The position numbers were made by a program, and so were the translations under genes. Shown one piece after another: positions 19,214-29,215 of a stretch of DNA of 62,224 nucleotides. The first letter of the stretch is position 1. Every line of letters begins with the position of its first letter. Origin of the DNA: Spirochaetales bacterium (lineage in GTDB: Bacteria > Spirochaetota > Spirochaetia > Treponematales > UBA12059); assembly GCA_016928955.1 (NCBI GenBank), contig JAFGJV010000016.1:1-62224 (forward strand). The letters run 5' to 3'. The notes below the pieces were generated by a model, which was not told where the DNA came from, did not search any database, and was given only the letters and a program-made list of their open reading frames with translations.

Positions 19214-22200
19214 ATGAAACGGTACGGGTATGTAGCGGCAGCTTTACTTGCAGCCGCCTTCATCGCCCTGAGCGCTTGCTCGGCTCCCGAACTGGACTTT
19301 CCTCCGTCGGTGTCCATCAGCGAACCGACGGACGGAACCACCGTATCGGGGTCCTTCACCCTGCGGGGATCGGCCAGCGACGATATGGGCTTGTCCCGCG
19401 TGGAGTACTCCTTGGATAACGGGGCCACGTTTGCGGCAGCCAGCGGCACCGCGTCGTGGTCGGCAACCGTGGACAGCACCACGGTACCGGACGGCGGCCT
19501 TCCCATCATGGCCAGGTCCACGGACAGCGCCGGCAACGTGGCGTATGACTTTGTCACGGTTATCGTGGAAAACGCCGATCCAACCGTGGAAATCATCAAT
19601 CCGCAAGCCGACGACCTGGCTTTCTCAGGTTACCTGCCCATAATAGGTCTTGCCAACAAGCTGGCTGGCGCCGGCGACTATGTGGAAGTATCCTTGGACG
19701 GTGCCGCGTACACCCAAACAGGCGTTGATTTCAACGGCATGGTATGGAAGTACCTCATAGACACCACTGCACTGACCGAGGCTCTGCATACCATATCGGT
19801 GCGCGGCTACCGGGACAGCGACGCCGTGTACACGGCCGTGGTCGAGCGGACCTTTTTCGTCGACCAGACCGTCCCCAATGTGTCCATAGACACCCCGGCC
19901 TCCGGTTCGTACATCAAAGGCATCGTCGATTTCACGGGTACGTCCCAAGACGATACGGGCGTGGACCGCGTGGACCTCAGCTTTGACGGCGGATCCACCT
20001 GGCAGACGGTTACCGGCACCACTTCCTGGAGCCACAGCCTGGCCAGCACGGCCCTGGCGGACGGCGCCATAACCGTCATCGCCCGAGCTTTGGACCTGAG
20101 CGAACCGCCCCTGTCTGGCACCATCAGCATTCCCGTCGTCATAGACAACAACAACCCGACCATAAGCCTGGACGCGCCCGCCGACGGCGCGGTGGCGTCG
20201 GACGTCATACATTTCAGCGGGTCGTCCTCGGACACGGTGGGCGTGGAAACCGTCGAGCTGCAGTTCGGCGCCGGCAACGACTTCCTGGCCGTCAACGGCA
20301 CCACCAGCTGGAACCTGGATTTTGACCCCTGGGATCCACCGGTCCCCATGACCCCCCTGGCCAACGGCTCGTACGCCGTGACCGTGCACGCCATAGATTT
20401 TGCCGACAACGTTGCCCAGACCAGCATCACGGTCAAGGTAGACGCCAACATGCCATCCGTCACCAACGTCCTTGGCGTGGTGGACGGCGGGCATTACAAG
20501 GGCGCCGTGGCCATATCCGGAGATGTGGGCGACGCGGACTTTGGGGATACCGTGGATGCCGTGGAAATCAGCATGGACGGAGGCCTCGGCTGGGCGGCCG
20601 TAAGCGGCTTTACAGCGGGATCGTCCAGCTTTACCCACAGCCTGGATACGACAGGCCACGCCGACGGCCAGTACATCCTTGTGATACGGGCGACCGACAA
20701 CTGGGGCGGGTCGTATCAGCTGGCCTACGATGTGACCATCGACAACACCCTGCCGGTGCTCGCTGTCATTCAGCCCGTGGAGTCCGCCGACGTGTCGGGC
20801 AACGTGCTGGTCACCGGCAGCATAACAGAGAGCAATCTGGATACTCTGGACATAACCATCACAGACGGCGTGACCACCGTCACAGACAGCCTGAGCCCGA
20901 GCGCCGGCCAGTGGTCGTACCTGTGGGACTCGTCGGCTTTTGCCGTGGGCTCCGTGACCATAACGGTGGACGCCCTGGACCTGGCGGGTAATTCCGGACA
21001 GGACATATGCACGGTCCAGAAGACCAACACCACGGCCAGCATCAGCATAACAAGCCCGTCCACGGGCACCTACCAGAAAGCCACGGTGACCGTGACGGGC
21101 ACCTCGTCAACGCCCCTGGGCCTGGTTACGGCCGTGGACGTGAGCCTGGACGGCGGATCCACGTACCTGCCGGCCACGGACACAAGCGGCGGGGCTTGGG
21201 CAACCTGGGAATACGTCTTGGATACCACCACGCTCTCCGGAGACGGAAGCTATGATGTGATGGCGCGGGTCACCACCGATTCCACGCCCGTCAACACCTC
21301 GGCCATTGTCATCATCGTGGACAACACCCTGCCGGCCCTGGCCGTCACCTCGCCCACGGCCGCCTTTGTCGGGGCCAACGCCCTGTACGGGCAGGTGACC
21401 ATAGAGGGCACGGCCACCGACGCCAACCCGGACACGGCCGTGGTGGAAATCAGCTACGACTCGGGCTCAAGCTGGACGCCCGTGGCCACCTCGGGCTATG
21501 AAACCTTCTCGCACCTGTGGGATACCCAGACCGCCGTGCCGGGCTCAGCCCAGGACGGAATCCAGCTGCGGGCCAGCGCCACGGACCTGGCCGGCAACAG
21601 CGCGACAAGCGCCGTTATAACGGTGGACGTCCACCCTTACATATCGGCCCTGAGCGTGAGCGCCGCGTCCCGGGGCGAGTCCATCACCGTGAGCGGGAGC
21701 AATTTCAACGCGTCCTCCCTGGTGTTCAAAGCCGGCGCGGGGACCGTGGACGGAACGATCACCGCCCAAACGGCAACCAGTGTTAGCGTTACCGTGCCGG
21801 CCACGGCTACCTCCGGCAACGTGTACGCCCTCACCAACGGCCTGGCAAGCAACGCCAAGAACCTGGACATCTGGGGCATCACCACCCACGCGGCCACCAC
21901 CTGGCTGTCGGCGTCGTCAGACGGCGGGAGCATATACTCCACGTACACATTAAGTTCTGGACCCTACCGGTACCAGATGTTCAGGATCGACTCGGCAGCT
22001 CCTGTGTACGTATCAGCAAGCACTGAGGAGAAGGCCGATATTATCTCCTCGTCGGTAGCTTCAAACGGAGCTGAGAAGTTTGTCGCCTACACTAATACGA
22101 GAGATGGGCTGGCAAATCATCTGGAAGGCGTTTCCATCCACCGGTCAGTTGATGGCGGGGCAAGTTTTGGCGCGGCGGTAGAAGTAAGCCCGAGCTTTGT

Positions 22201-22939
22201 CAATTTCCTCAGCATGGCCGTGTGGGATCCCGATTCTCTGGTCGCTGACAACACCCAGGTGTGGCTGGCCGGCTACGATACGGCCACCGCTTCCCTGGTT
22301 GTCTTCTCATCAACCGACTCCGGTGCTACCTGGACGTCAGCCACGGTGGACGAGACCAGCGCCGACGTGGGCCGCTACGTATCCCTGGACCTGTATCCTG
22401 ACGACCCCGTCACGCCAGCGGCCTACTATCCCGTGGTCGCCTACCGCGACACCGCCAACCAGATACTCAAGCTGGCCTACTGGGACGGCTCGGCGTGGAC
22501 GCTCCGGATCGTTGACGAGACGGGCAACGTGGGCGACTATGCCGACCTGGACGTGGACGCGGACGGAGGGGCGCACATCAGCTACTTTGACGGCAACTCG
22601 GGCGACCTCAAATACGCGTACGCCTCCGCCGTTGACGGCGGCTTCTCTACCCAGGTGGCGGTGAGCGCGGGCATAGCGGGCTTCTATACCGCGCTGGCGG
22701 CCGATGCCGCGGGCACGCCGCACATCGTCTTCTACGACTTCTCCAGCAACAGCATGGTGTACACGTACTGGGACGGAGCGGCGTGGCCAACGTACCGCAT
22801 ACCTGAGAAGGATGCCTTCTCCTGGCCAGGGACCATAACAGGCAACTTCGTGCACGTGGTTATAGACGCGGACGATGGCAAGCCCTGGTTCTTCTACCCG
22901 GCGGGCGCCAACTACAAGCTGGCCAATTTCATCCAGTAA
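19214..22939 (+). CDS. Large surface lipoprotein: about 8 bacterial Ig-like repeats, IPT/TIG domain, C-terminal propeller-like head (adhesin candidate)
   Basis: Lipobox LSAC; repeated PxVxIxxP...GxxxD...SLDGGxxW...DxAGN units; GSNF TIG motif; repeated LKxAYWDG blades. Confidence 0.85.
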   Translation: MKRYGYVAAALLAAAFIALSACSAPELDFPPSVSISEPTDGTTVSGSFTLRGSASDDMGLSRVEYSLDNGATFAAASGTASWSATVDSTTVPDGGLPIMARSTDSAGNVAYDFVTVIVENADPTVEIINPQADDLAFSGYLPIIGLANKLAGAGDYVEVSLDGAAYTQTGVDFNGMVWKYLIDTTALTEALHTISVRGYRDSDAVYTAVVERTFFVDQTVPNVSIDTPASGSYIKGIVDFTGTSQDDTGVDRVDLSFDGGSTWQTVTGTTSWSHSLASTALADGAITVIARALDLSEPPLSGTISIPVVIDNNNPTISLDAPADGAVASDVIHFSGSSSDTVGVETVELQFGAGNDFLAVNGTTSWNLDFDPWDPPVPMTPLANGSYAVTVHAIDFADNVAQTSITVKVDANMPSVTNVLGVVDGGHYKGAVAISGDVGDADFGDTVDAVEISMDGGLGWAAVSGFTAGSSSFTHSLDTTGHADGQYILVIRATDNWGGSYQLAYDVTIDNTLPVLAVIQPVESADVSGNVLVTGSITESNLDTLDITITDGVTTVTDSLSPSAGQWSYLWDSSAFAVGSVTITVDALDLAGNSGQDICTVQKTNTTASISITSPSTGTYQKATVTVTGTSSTPLGLVTAVDVSLDGGSTYLPATDTSGGAWATWEYVLDTTTLSGDGSYDVMARVTTDSTPVNTSAIVIIVDNTLPALAVTSPTAAFVGANALYGQVTIEGTATDANPDTAVVEISYDSGSSWTPVATSGYETFSHLWDTQTAVPGSAQDGIQLRASATDLAGNSATSAVITVDVHPYISALSVSAASRGESITVSGSNFNASSLVFKAGAGTVDGTITAQTATSVSVTVPATATSGNVYALTNGLASNAKNLDIWGITTHAATTWLSASSDGGSIYSTYTLSSGPYRYQMFRIDSAAPVYVSASTEEKADIISSSVASNGAEKFVAYTNTRDGLANHLEGVSIHRSVDGGASFGAAVEVSPSFVNFLSMAVWDPDSLVADNTQVWLAGYDTATASLVVFSSTDSGATWTSATVDETSADVGRYVSLDLYPDDPVTPAAYYPVVAYRDTANQILKLAYWDGSAWTLRIVDETGNVGDYADLDVDADGGAHISYFDGNSGDLKYAYASAVDGGFSTQVAVSAGIAGFYTALAADAAGTPHIVFYDFSSNSMVYTYWDGAAWPTYRIPEKDAFSWPGTITGNFVHVVIDADDGKPWFFYPAGANYKLANFIQ

Positions 22940-22959
22940 GCCCGAACTTGGTTAACGAC

Positions 22960-22988
22960 AGCCCGCCCCTTTTTGGGGCGGGTTTTTT
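22960..22988 (+). terminator. Intrinsic terminator
   Basis: GCCCGCCCC-TTTTT-GGGGCGGG followed by a T run. Confidence 0.8.
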
Positions 22989-23003
22989 ATGCCGCGGCTG
23001 TAT

Positions 23004-25070
23004 CTAGCCCGTGGCCGCGGTGCGCTCGGCAAAGGGGCTGGCCCGCTCAAGGACGGCCCGTATCACCGAGCCGTCTGCGCCTAGGAGGCCGGGGTCCTCC
23101 GCCAGGATGGCCTGGGCGTCTTCCCGGGCGGCTTCAAGAAGTTCCGCGTCGCGCACGGGGTCCGCAAAGCTGAGCTCAAGCTGGCCTGACTGGCCGGTGC
23201 CCGTGATCTGCCCGGGCCCGCGCATGCGGAGATCCTCCTCCGCTATGAGAAAGCCGTCCGTGGTGTCCTTCATGGCCATGACGCGACGCTTGCCCTCGTC
23301 GCCCAAGCCGTCCGACCACACCAGGAAGCAGTACGACTGCTCCTTGCCGCGGCCCACCCGGCCCCTGAGTTGGTGCAGGGCCGCCAGGCCAAAGCGCTCG
23401 GCGTGCTCTATGACCATGCAGCTTGCCTCGGGCACGTCCACGCCCACCTCCACCACGCTGGTGGCCACCAGAAAGGACAGCTTGCCGGCCGCGAAGTCCG
23501 CCATGGTGGCGCGCTTGTCCGCCTCCGGCACGCGGGAATGTATGATGCCGCCCTTGAATTCCGGGAACACTTCCCGGGACAGGCGCTCGTACATGGCAAC
23601 GGCGTCCTTGAGCTCGACGCGGTCGGAGCGGTCCACCAGGGGGTATACAAAGTAGGCGCGCCGGCCGGCTTCAAGTTCCCGTCGCACAAAGTCGTATACC
23701 TTGGCCTCGTTGCCCATGCGCGCCAGGTGGGTGATCACGGGCAGGCGGCCGGGCGGCAGCGTCGTGATGGTGGACACGGCCAGGTCGCCGTATACGGTCA
23801 GGGCCAGGGTGCGGGGTATGGGCGTGGCGCTCATCATCAGCATGTCCGGCCGGCTTCCTTTGGATCCCATGGCCAGGCGCTGGAGGACGCCAAAGCGGTG
23901 CTGTTCGTCCACCACCACAAGGCGCAGGGTGCGAAAGACCACGTCGGCGGAAAAGAGGGCGTGCGTGCCCACGACCAGGTCTATGTCGCCGGATGCCAGG
24001 GCTGAAAGGAGCGGTTTGCGCGCCGCGTCGGCCACGTTGCCAGACAGGAAGGCCAGGCGCACGCCCAGGGGCTCAAGGAGCCTGGCCGCCGTGTCCGCGT
24101 GCTGGCGCGCCAGAAGCTCGGTGGGCGCCATGATGGCGGCCTGGCCTCCGCCGGCTATGGCGTACAGGGCCGCCATGAACGCCACCAGGGTCTTGCCCGA
24201 GCCCACATCGCCCTGAAGGAGGCGCGCCATGGGCCAGGGCCCGGCCATGTCCGCGGCTATGTCCGCCAGGGCGGCCTTCTGCCCCTCGGTCAGGCTGAAG
24301 GGCAGGCGCTCCTCCAGGACGCAGGCCAAGCGGGTGTCCACGCTGCCCGTGGGCCTGGCTTCCTCCCGTCTGGCCAGGGACCGGCGGCCTATCATGATCT
24401 GGAGGTAGAACAGTTCGGTGTACGCCAGGGTTCTCCGGGCCAGGGCGGCGTCGTCCGGGCTTGCCGGGCGGTGAAGGAGGCGCAGGGCGTCCGCCATGCG
24501 GGCCAGGGAGCGTTTTTGGATGACGCCGTGGGGGAGCTCGTCGTCCACGCGGCCCCAGAGCTCCAGGGCCTTGCGCACCAGCTTCCTGACGCTTGCCTGT
24601 CCCAGGCCCTCGGTCAGGGGATAGACGGGCAAAACGCCGGCCGGTCGGAAGGCGTCGCCAGTGTCCACGCGCTCGGCGTCAAAGGCCGACGACTGGAGCT
24701 CGCCGAAGCGCCACTCAAAGCGCCCGAACAGGCGGAGCCTTGCCCCCACGGGTAGGCTTTTTTCCAGGAAAGGCCGGTTGAAGCACACGAGCGCGGCTCG
24801 CGTACCCTCGTCGTCCTCAACCCACACCTTGAGCGTGCGCATGCGGCCAAAGCCGAACCAGTCGTGGGCCAGGACGTTGACCGGGCAGTTGACCGGGCCC
24901 GAGCCGAAGGCGGACAAGAGCCGGAGCGCGGCCCTGTCCTCGTAGTCGCGGGGCGGAAGTAGGAGGAGGTCGGCGGCGCGGAACACGCCCAGCCTGGACA
25001 GGCGCTTGACCAGGGCCGGCCCGCAGCCGGGGAGTTCGCTGACGGGCGAGCTGAGTTCCCTGAGGAACAC
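23004..25070 (-). CDS. recG: ATP-dependent DNA helicase RecG
   Basis: LLQGDVGSGKT, DEQHRFG, MSATPIPRT, QLRGRVGRG, DLRMRGPG. Confidence 0.97.
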   Translation of the reverse strand: MFLRELSSPVSELPGCGPALVKRLSRLGVFRAADLLLLPPRDYEDRAALRLLSAFGSGPVNCPVNVLAHDWFGFGRMRTLKVWVEDDEGTRAALVCFNRPFLEKSLPVGARLRLFGRFEWRFGELQSSAFDAERVDTGDAFRPAGVLPVYPLTEGLGQASVRKLVRKALELWGRVDDELPHGVIQKRSLARMADALRLLHRPASPDDAALARRTLAYTELFYLQIMIGRRSLARREEARPTGSVDTRLACVLEERLPFSLTEGQKAALADIAADMAGPWPMARLLQGDVGSGKTLVAFMAALYAIAGGGQAAIMAPTELLARQHADTAARLLEPLGVRLAFLSGNVADAARKPLLSALASGDIDLVVGTHALFSADVVFRTLRLVVVDEQHRFGVLQRLAMGSKGSRPDMLMMSATPIPRTLALTVYGDLAVSTITTLPPGRLPVITHLARMGNEAKVYDFVRRELEAGRRAYFVYPLVDRSDRVELKDAVAMYERLSREVFPEFKGGIIHSRVPEADKRATMADFAAGKLSFLVATSVVEVGVDVPEASCMVIEHAERFGLAALHQLRGRVGRGKEQSYCFLVWSDGLGDEGKRRVMAMKDTTDGFLIAEEDLRMRGPGQITGTGQSGQLELSFADPVRDAELLEAAREDAQAILAEDPGLLGADGSVIRAVLERASPFAERTAATG

Positions 25071-25077
25071 GGCTACG

Positions 25078-26148
25078 CTAGCGCCAGGCGGCCGCCGCCT
25101 GCAGCCAGGGGTAGAAGTCCAGGCCGCTTACCGTATCCACGGGGGCAAAGGAGCGCCCGTCCACCAGGGCCATGACGCCTTCCTCAACCACGCCCAGGGC
25201 CCCGTCAAAAAACTCCGAGCCTATGGGCACGTCCGGCACGGGGCTGGACGCGCGCCCCGCGTAGCGGGCGCTGTAGCGGCTGAGCGTCTTGGCGTCGCCC
25301 CTGGCCATCAGGTGCCAGAGGAACAGGGCGGCGTCTCCCCGCGTGGCCGGCTGGCTGGGGGTGGCTTCCTGGGTGTACCAACCGGCGGCTTTCAGGCGGT
25401 CAAAGAGCACCCCGGGCGACCAGGACGCGCCGCCCGTGAGCCAGTCCAACGACGTGGTCTCCGACTGGGCGAGCACGGCCATGCCGACCAGGGGCAAGGC
25501 GGCTGAGTTCAGGTAGTCGGCCGTAGCGGCCTGGGGAGCGCCTTCCTGGCCCCGGAGGGCGTATGCGCGCTCGCGCAGGGCTCCGTACAGCTGGCTGTAT
25601 TCGTCCGGCAGGTGGGGCAGGGCCGCGTCAAAGGCCGCCAGGGCTTCTGAGTAGCGGCCGGCGGACGCGAGCACCGAGCCTTTCTCGGCTTTGATGCGGT
25701 AGACGCCGTCGCTGGTGGCCGCGCCGGCGTCCAGGATGGTCAGGCTCTCGTCGACCGACCTGGCCAGACGGGAGGCCACCACCACGGACAGCTCGTCGCC
25801 TGCGTAGGCGGCGCGGGCTTCCTTGGCAAAGGCGGCCGCCCCGACCTGGTCGCCAGACTGCAGGGCAGCCTCTGCCCGGAGGCTGGCCAGGCGCGCTTTC
25901 TGCGCGCTGTCGGAGGACGGGGCCTGGGCCAGGCTGTCCAGCTCTGACCTGACGGCCTGCAGGGCTGCTTTGTCCGGCCACGCGCGGAGGCCAACCAGCT
26001 CCCGCTCCAGCTCGTCCAGCCTTGCGGCGCTGGATCCCGGCTGGGCGTCCATCAGTATGTCCCGCTGTATGGTGGCGCAGGATCCCAGGGCAAGTACCAG
26101 GGCGACGCAGGAGAGCGCCGCCGCCAAGCGTATCCGTGTGGGGTTCAT
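25078..26148 (-). CDS. Lipoprotein with TPR-like repeats and C-terminal SLH-like motifs
   Basis: Lipobox LGSC; AGRYSEALAAFD; ATRGDAALFL and PDV...EGVM...DGRSFAP. Confidence 0.7.
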   Translation of the reverse strand: MNPTRIRLAAALSCVALVLALGSCATIQRDILMDAQPGSSAARLDELERELVGLRAWPDKAALQAVRSELDSLAQAPSSDSAQKARLASLRAEAALQSGDQVGAAAFAKEARAAYAGDELSVVVASRLARSVDESLTILDAGAATSDGVYRIKAEKGSVLASAGRYSEALAAFDAALPHLPDEYSQLYGALRERAYALRGQEGAPQAATADYLNSAALPLVGMAVLAQSETTSLDWLTGGASWSPGVLFDRLKAAGWYTQEATPSQPATRGDAALFLWHLMARGDAKTLSRYSARYAGRASSPVPDVPIGSEFFDGALGVVEEGVMALVDGRSFAPVDTVSGLDFYPWLQAAAAWR

Positions 26149-26159
26149 AGCTGGTCCTC

Positions 26160-29009
26160 TCAATCGTTATACGCGTGGATGGTATGGTCCGCGCCCCGGA
26201 CGACCAGGTCCGCGCGGCCGTCCCCGTCCACGTCCACGAACGCGGGCAGGCCCGTGCCGGACACGGGGTAGCCCGGCAGGGGCGTCAGGTCGCCCGAGTA
26301 TGCGTACAGGGCGTCGCCGCCGCCCGCCACGTACAGTTCCTCCCGGCCGTCTCCGTTGCCGTCAAAGGCCAGGATGGACGAGTCGGCCGCCGCCCCGCGC
26401 TTGAGGGGCAGGGAGCCGGCCATGAAACCGTCCGAGCCCACGCGCCACAGGGTGCCGTCCGTGGACACCAGGAAGAAGGACCTCCAGCCGGGCGCCCAGG
26501 CCAGGGCCGTGTCGAACACGCCGTACAGCTGGGTGGGGAAGCCTCCCATGCTGGAACCGTCGGCCTTCCACGCGCCCAGAATGCCGTCTTCCGTGACGGC
26601 CGCAACCATGCCTCCGGACGCGCTGTCTGCGCCGGCAAAGACGGGGGCGGCTCCGGCTATGCCGTCCAGGGCCACGGGCCAGCCGGCAAGGAGCTTGCCG
26701 TCAGGGTCCAGGAGGTAGAGCTGGCTGTCAAAGGAGCGGGGCAGAACGGCCACGCCCCAGGATGAGGCAGCGGGGGCCGACCTGGACCGCGCGTGCAGGG
26801 CGTCGGACAGCAGGGTCTGGCCGCCTGCGTCCACGATAAGGACGGCCGGCTCGTCGGATACCGGTATGTACACAACGTCGTCCACGGCGGTCGGAGGGGC
26901 GGACACGGCATGGCCGGTCAATATGGGGAAGCCGGGCAGGGCTTCCAGTTTGTCGTTTGCGCGGTACACGGTGCCGCGCCCGGACACCACCCACACGGCT
27001 TCAAGGCGGCCGCGGTTCCGGTCCAGGACCACGTAACCCTTGTCGTCAAGCTCCAGGGTGCTCGACGCGCCGGACGACAGGTCCATGGCCACCACGGAAC
27101 GGCCGCTGGTCCAGTACGCCATGGGCGCGCCCGACGACGAGCGGGCGGCCACGGGATCGGAGTCCACGCGGCCTGGCGCCTTGAGGGGGAAGCCGGCCAG
27201 CTCGGAAAGACCCGGCGCGCCGGCGGCGGCCGCGGACAGCTCTATCCTGAGGCCGTCTGGTCCCAGCCTGAGCGACGCCACGCCGCGCCGGTAGGTCTTG
27301 AGGGCGCCTGCGAGCCCGGCCGAGCCCCGCAAAAAGAAGGGGGCGCTGCGGTCCAGGCTGTAGTACAGCATCACAGACGACTCCGGTGATATGCCCTGGG
27401 CGGTTTCCTTCCAGCGATCGGTCTTGACCATCAGCTTGCCGTCACGCACCTCCTGGGCGCAGGACGCCACCAGCTCGGCGCTGGTGCTTGCGTACATGAT
27501 GCCGTCCTGAACCAGGTAGTAGGGTTGGGGCAGGTCTATGCCCAGGCTCCGCAGGAATCCCGACAGCCAACCGGGGAACACGATGCGCGGCACGCGCGTG
27601 TCGCCCACCATGGTTGAAAGGTCCGTGCCCACCAGGAGGGAGCCGAACAATTCGTCAAAGACGCGCTTGCGCTCGCGCTCGTCCTTGACCTTGATGAAGA
27701 ACACGGGCGCGGGACCCGAGTCAGAGCCCAGCACGCCGAGTTCGTCGCCCATCCAGGAGAACAAAAGCTCGTCCACGCCAAGCCCAAAAGCCAGTTTGGA
27801 CGCGTCGCTGGCCGTCTGGTAGGCGCTTTCGGCCTGGGGACCGAGCAGGGACGACGCGTTGGCCCACAGTTCCGCCGGGGAGCCGGCGGCCAGGAGGCTG
27901 AAATACGCCGTTGACGCCGGCAGCCGGGTGAGTATGGCCGGGGTGCGCGAGCGCCGCGCCAGGAGGGCGGCCACGGCCTCGTCGTCGGTTTCGTAGGGCA
28001 GGTCCACCATGACGCCCACGCGCTCGTCCTTGAGCGACAGGTCGACCACGGACAGGTCTTGGAAGTCCAGGGCCTTGACCAGGTTGCCCATGGGGCCCGT
28101 CTGGGCGCCTATGCTCTTGGTCAGGCTGGCCGTGTCGGCCAGGAAACGGAGCGACCCGGCCCCTGACGCCCCCAGGGCCTTGGCCAGGGCTTTGCGGTCG
28201 CCCAAGTCTGACGAGCTGTACGCCTTGAACAGAAGTTCGGGCGACGATGCCGCTATCACCAGGTTCTTGAGCACGGCCGCGTACACGGTCATGCCGCCCG
28301 CGCGGTAGCTGAAGCGCGGGGGCACCGCGGACGGTTCCCAGGTGAGGCCTTCAACCTGCCCGATGACTCCGGGCAGGGCGCCGGCCGCCAGGGGCGCGAG
28401 CCGGGTCAGCGCCGAGCGGACGCCAAGGTCGGCCACGGCCACAAAGTTGTTGCGCGGGTACAGGGCCGCGTCCACCCGCACGTCGGCCAGCAGCTTGAAC
28501 CAGCGTGACCGTATCACCGGATTGGCCCTGAGCGTGCGAACCGTGCCACGGAGCGACGCCGTGTCAGGCGACGACAGGGCCAGGTCCAGGGCCTTGAGGT
28601 GCAGGACCTCGGTGGCGAACTGGCTGGCGGACGGCACGCTGGCGTAGGCGTCAAACCCGGCGGGCACGTGGGCCGCGGGGTCGGTCCTGAAGATGAGCGC
28701 CACCACGGCCAGCACGAGGAGGGCAAGCACGGGCAGGGCGACGATCGTGGCCGCCAGCTTGAACACAAAACCCACTAGTTTGAGGATGAACGGGCGCTTT
28801 TTCCTGCGTTCCTTCTTCTCTGCCGTGCGCCTGGCCTTTCGCTCGGCGCGGGTTTCCTCGGCGGCAGGGCTTGAAGGTTGGGCCGCCGAACCGCTGTCGG
28901 GTGCCGCGGGCTGAGCGGCATCAAGGCCCGGGGCCGCGGTGTCCGGCCGGGTATCAGGCTCCTGCCTGCTCTTGTCATCAGGGGTAGGGATATCTGGCTG
29001 GTCGGGCAT
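26160..29009 (-). CDS. Membrane-anchored protein with C-terminal FG-GAP/VCBS-like propeller
   Basis: N-terminal TM; repeated G(F/W/Y)P blades; DGNGDGREEL and DVDGDGRADL. Confidence 0.75.
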   Translation of the reverse strand: MPDQPDIPTPDDKSRQEPDTRPDTAAPGLDAAQPAAPDSGSAAQPSSPAAEETRAERKARRTAEKKERRKKRPFILKLVGFVFKLAATIVALPVLALLVLAVVALIFRTDPAAHVPAGFDAYASVPSASQFATEVLHLKALDLALSSPDTASLRGTVRTLRANPVIRSRWFKLLADVRVDAALYPRNNFVAVADLGVRSALTRLAPLAAGALPGVIGQVEGLTWEPSAVPPRFSYRAGGMTVYAAVLKNLVIAASSPELLFKAYSSSDLGDRKALAKALGASGAGSLRFLADTASLTKSIGAQTGPMGNLVKALDFQDLSVVDLSLKDERVGVMVDLPYETDDEAVAALLARRSRTPAILTRLPASTAYFSLLAAGSPAELWANASSLLGPQAESAYQTASDASKLAFGLGVDELLFSWMGDELGVLGSDSGPAPVFFIKVKDERERKRVFDELFGSLLVGTDLSTMVGDTRVPRIVFPGWLSGFLRSLGIDLPQPYYLVQDGIMYASTSAELVASCAQEVRDGKLMVKTDRWKETAQGISPESSVMLYYSLDRSAPFFLRGSAGLAGALKTYRRGVASLRLGPDGLRIELSAAAAGAPGLSELAGFPLKAPGRVDSDPVAARSSSGAPMAYWTSGRSVVAMDLSSGASSTLELDDKGYVVLDRNRGRLEAVWVVSGRGTVYRANDKLEALPGFPILTGHAVSAPPTAVDDVVYIPVSDEPAVLIVDAGGQTLLSDALHARSRSAPAASSWGVAVLPRSFDSQLYLLDPDGKLLAGWPVALDGIAGAAPVFAGADSASGGMVAAVTEDGILGAWKADGSSMGGFPTQLYGVFDTALAWAPGWRSFFLVSTDGTLWRVGSDGFMAGSLPLKRGAAADSSILAFDGNGDGREELYVAGGGDALYAYSGDLTPLPGYPVSGTGLPAFVDVDGDGRADLVVRGADHTIHAYND

Positions 29010-29215
29010 GGCGTCCTCCGGGCTTTTTCATGCGGTATGTGTGATCAAGCGCTCCCGGCATTGTCGACCGAAACGGCGCCCCTCGTCAACGCCCGATTGT
29101 CGCCTGGAGGGACGTCTGGACCCTTCCAAATTCCCGAATCCGTGCTACTGTAATGCGGTGCCCGGCCAGGTAGGAAAACACCGCCAGCCGGACCCCATCG
29201 AGAGGAGCGCATGCC

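Noticed and set aside
21930..22200. Diversity-generating retroelement variable region
   Set aside because: No template repeat or reverse transcriptase seen in the window
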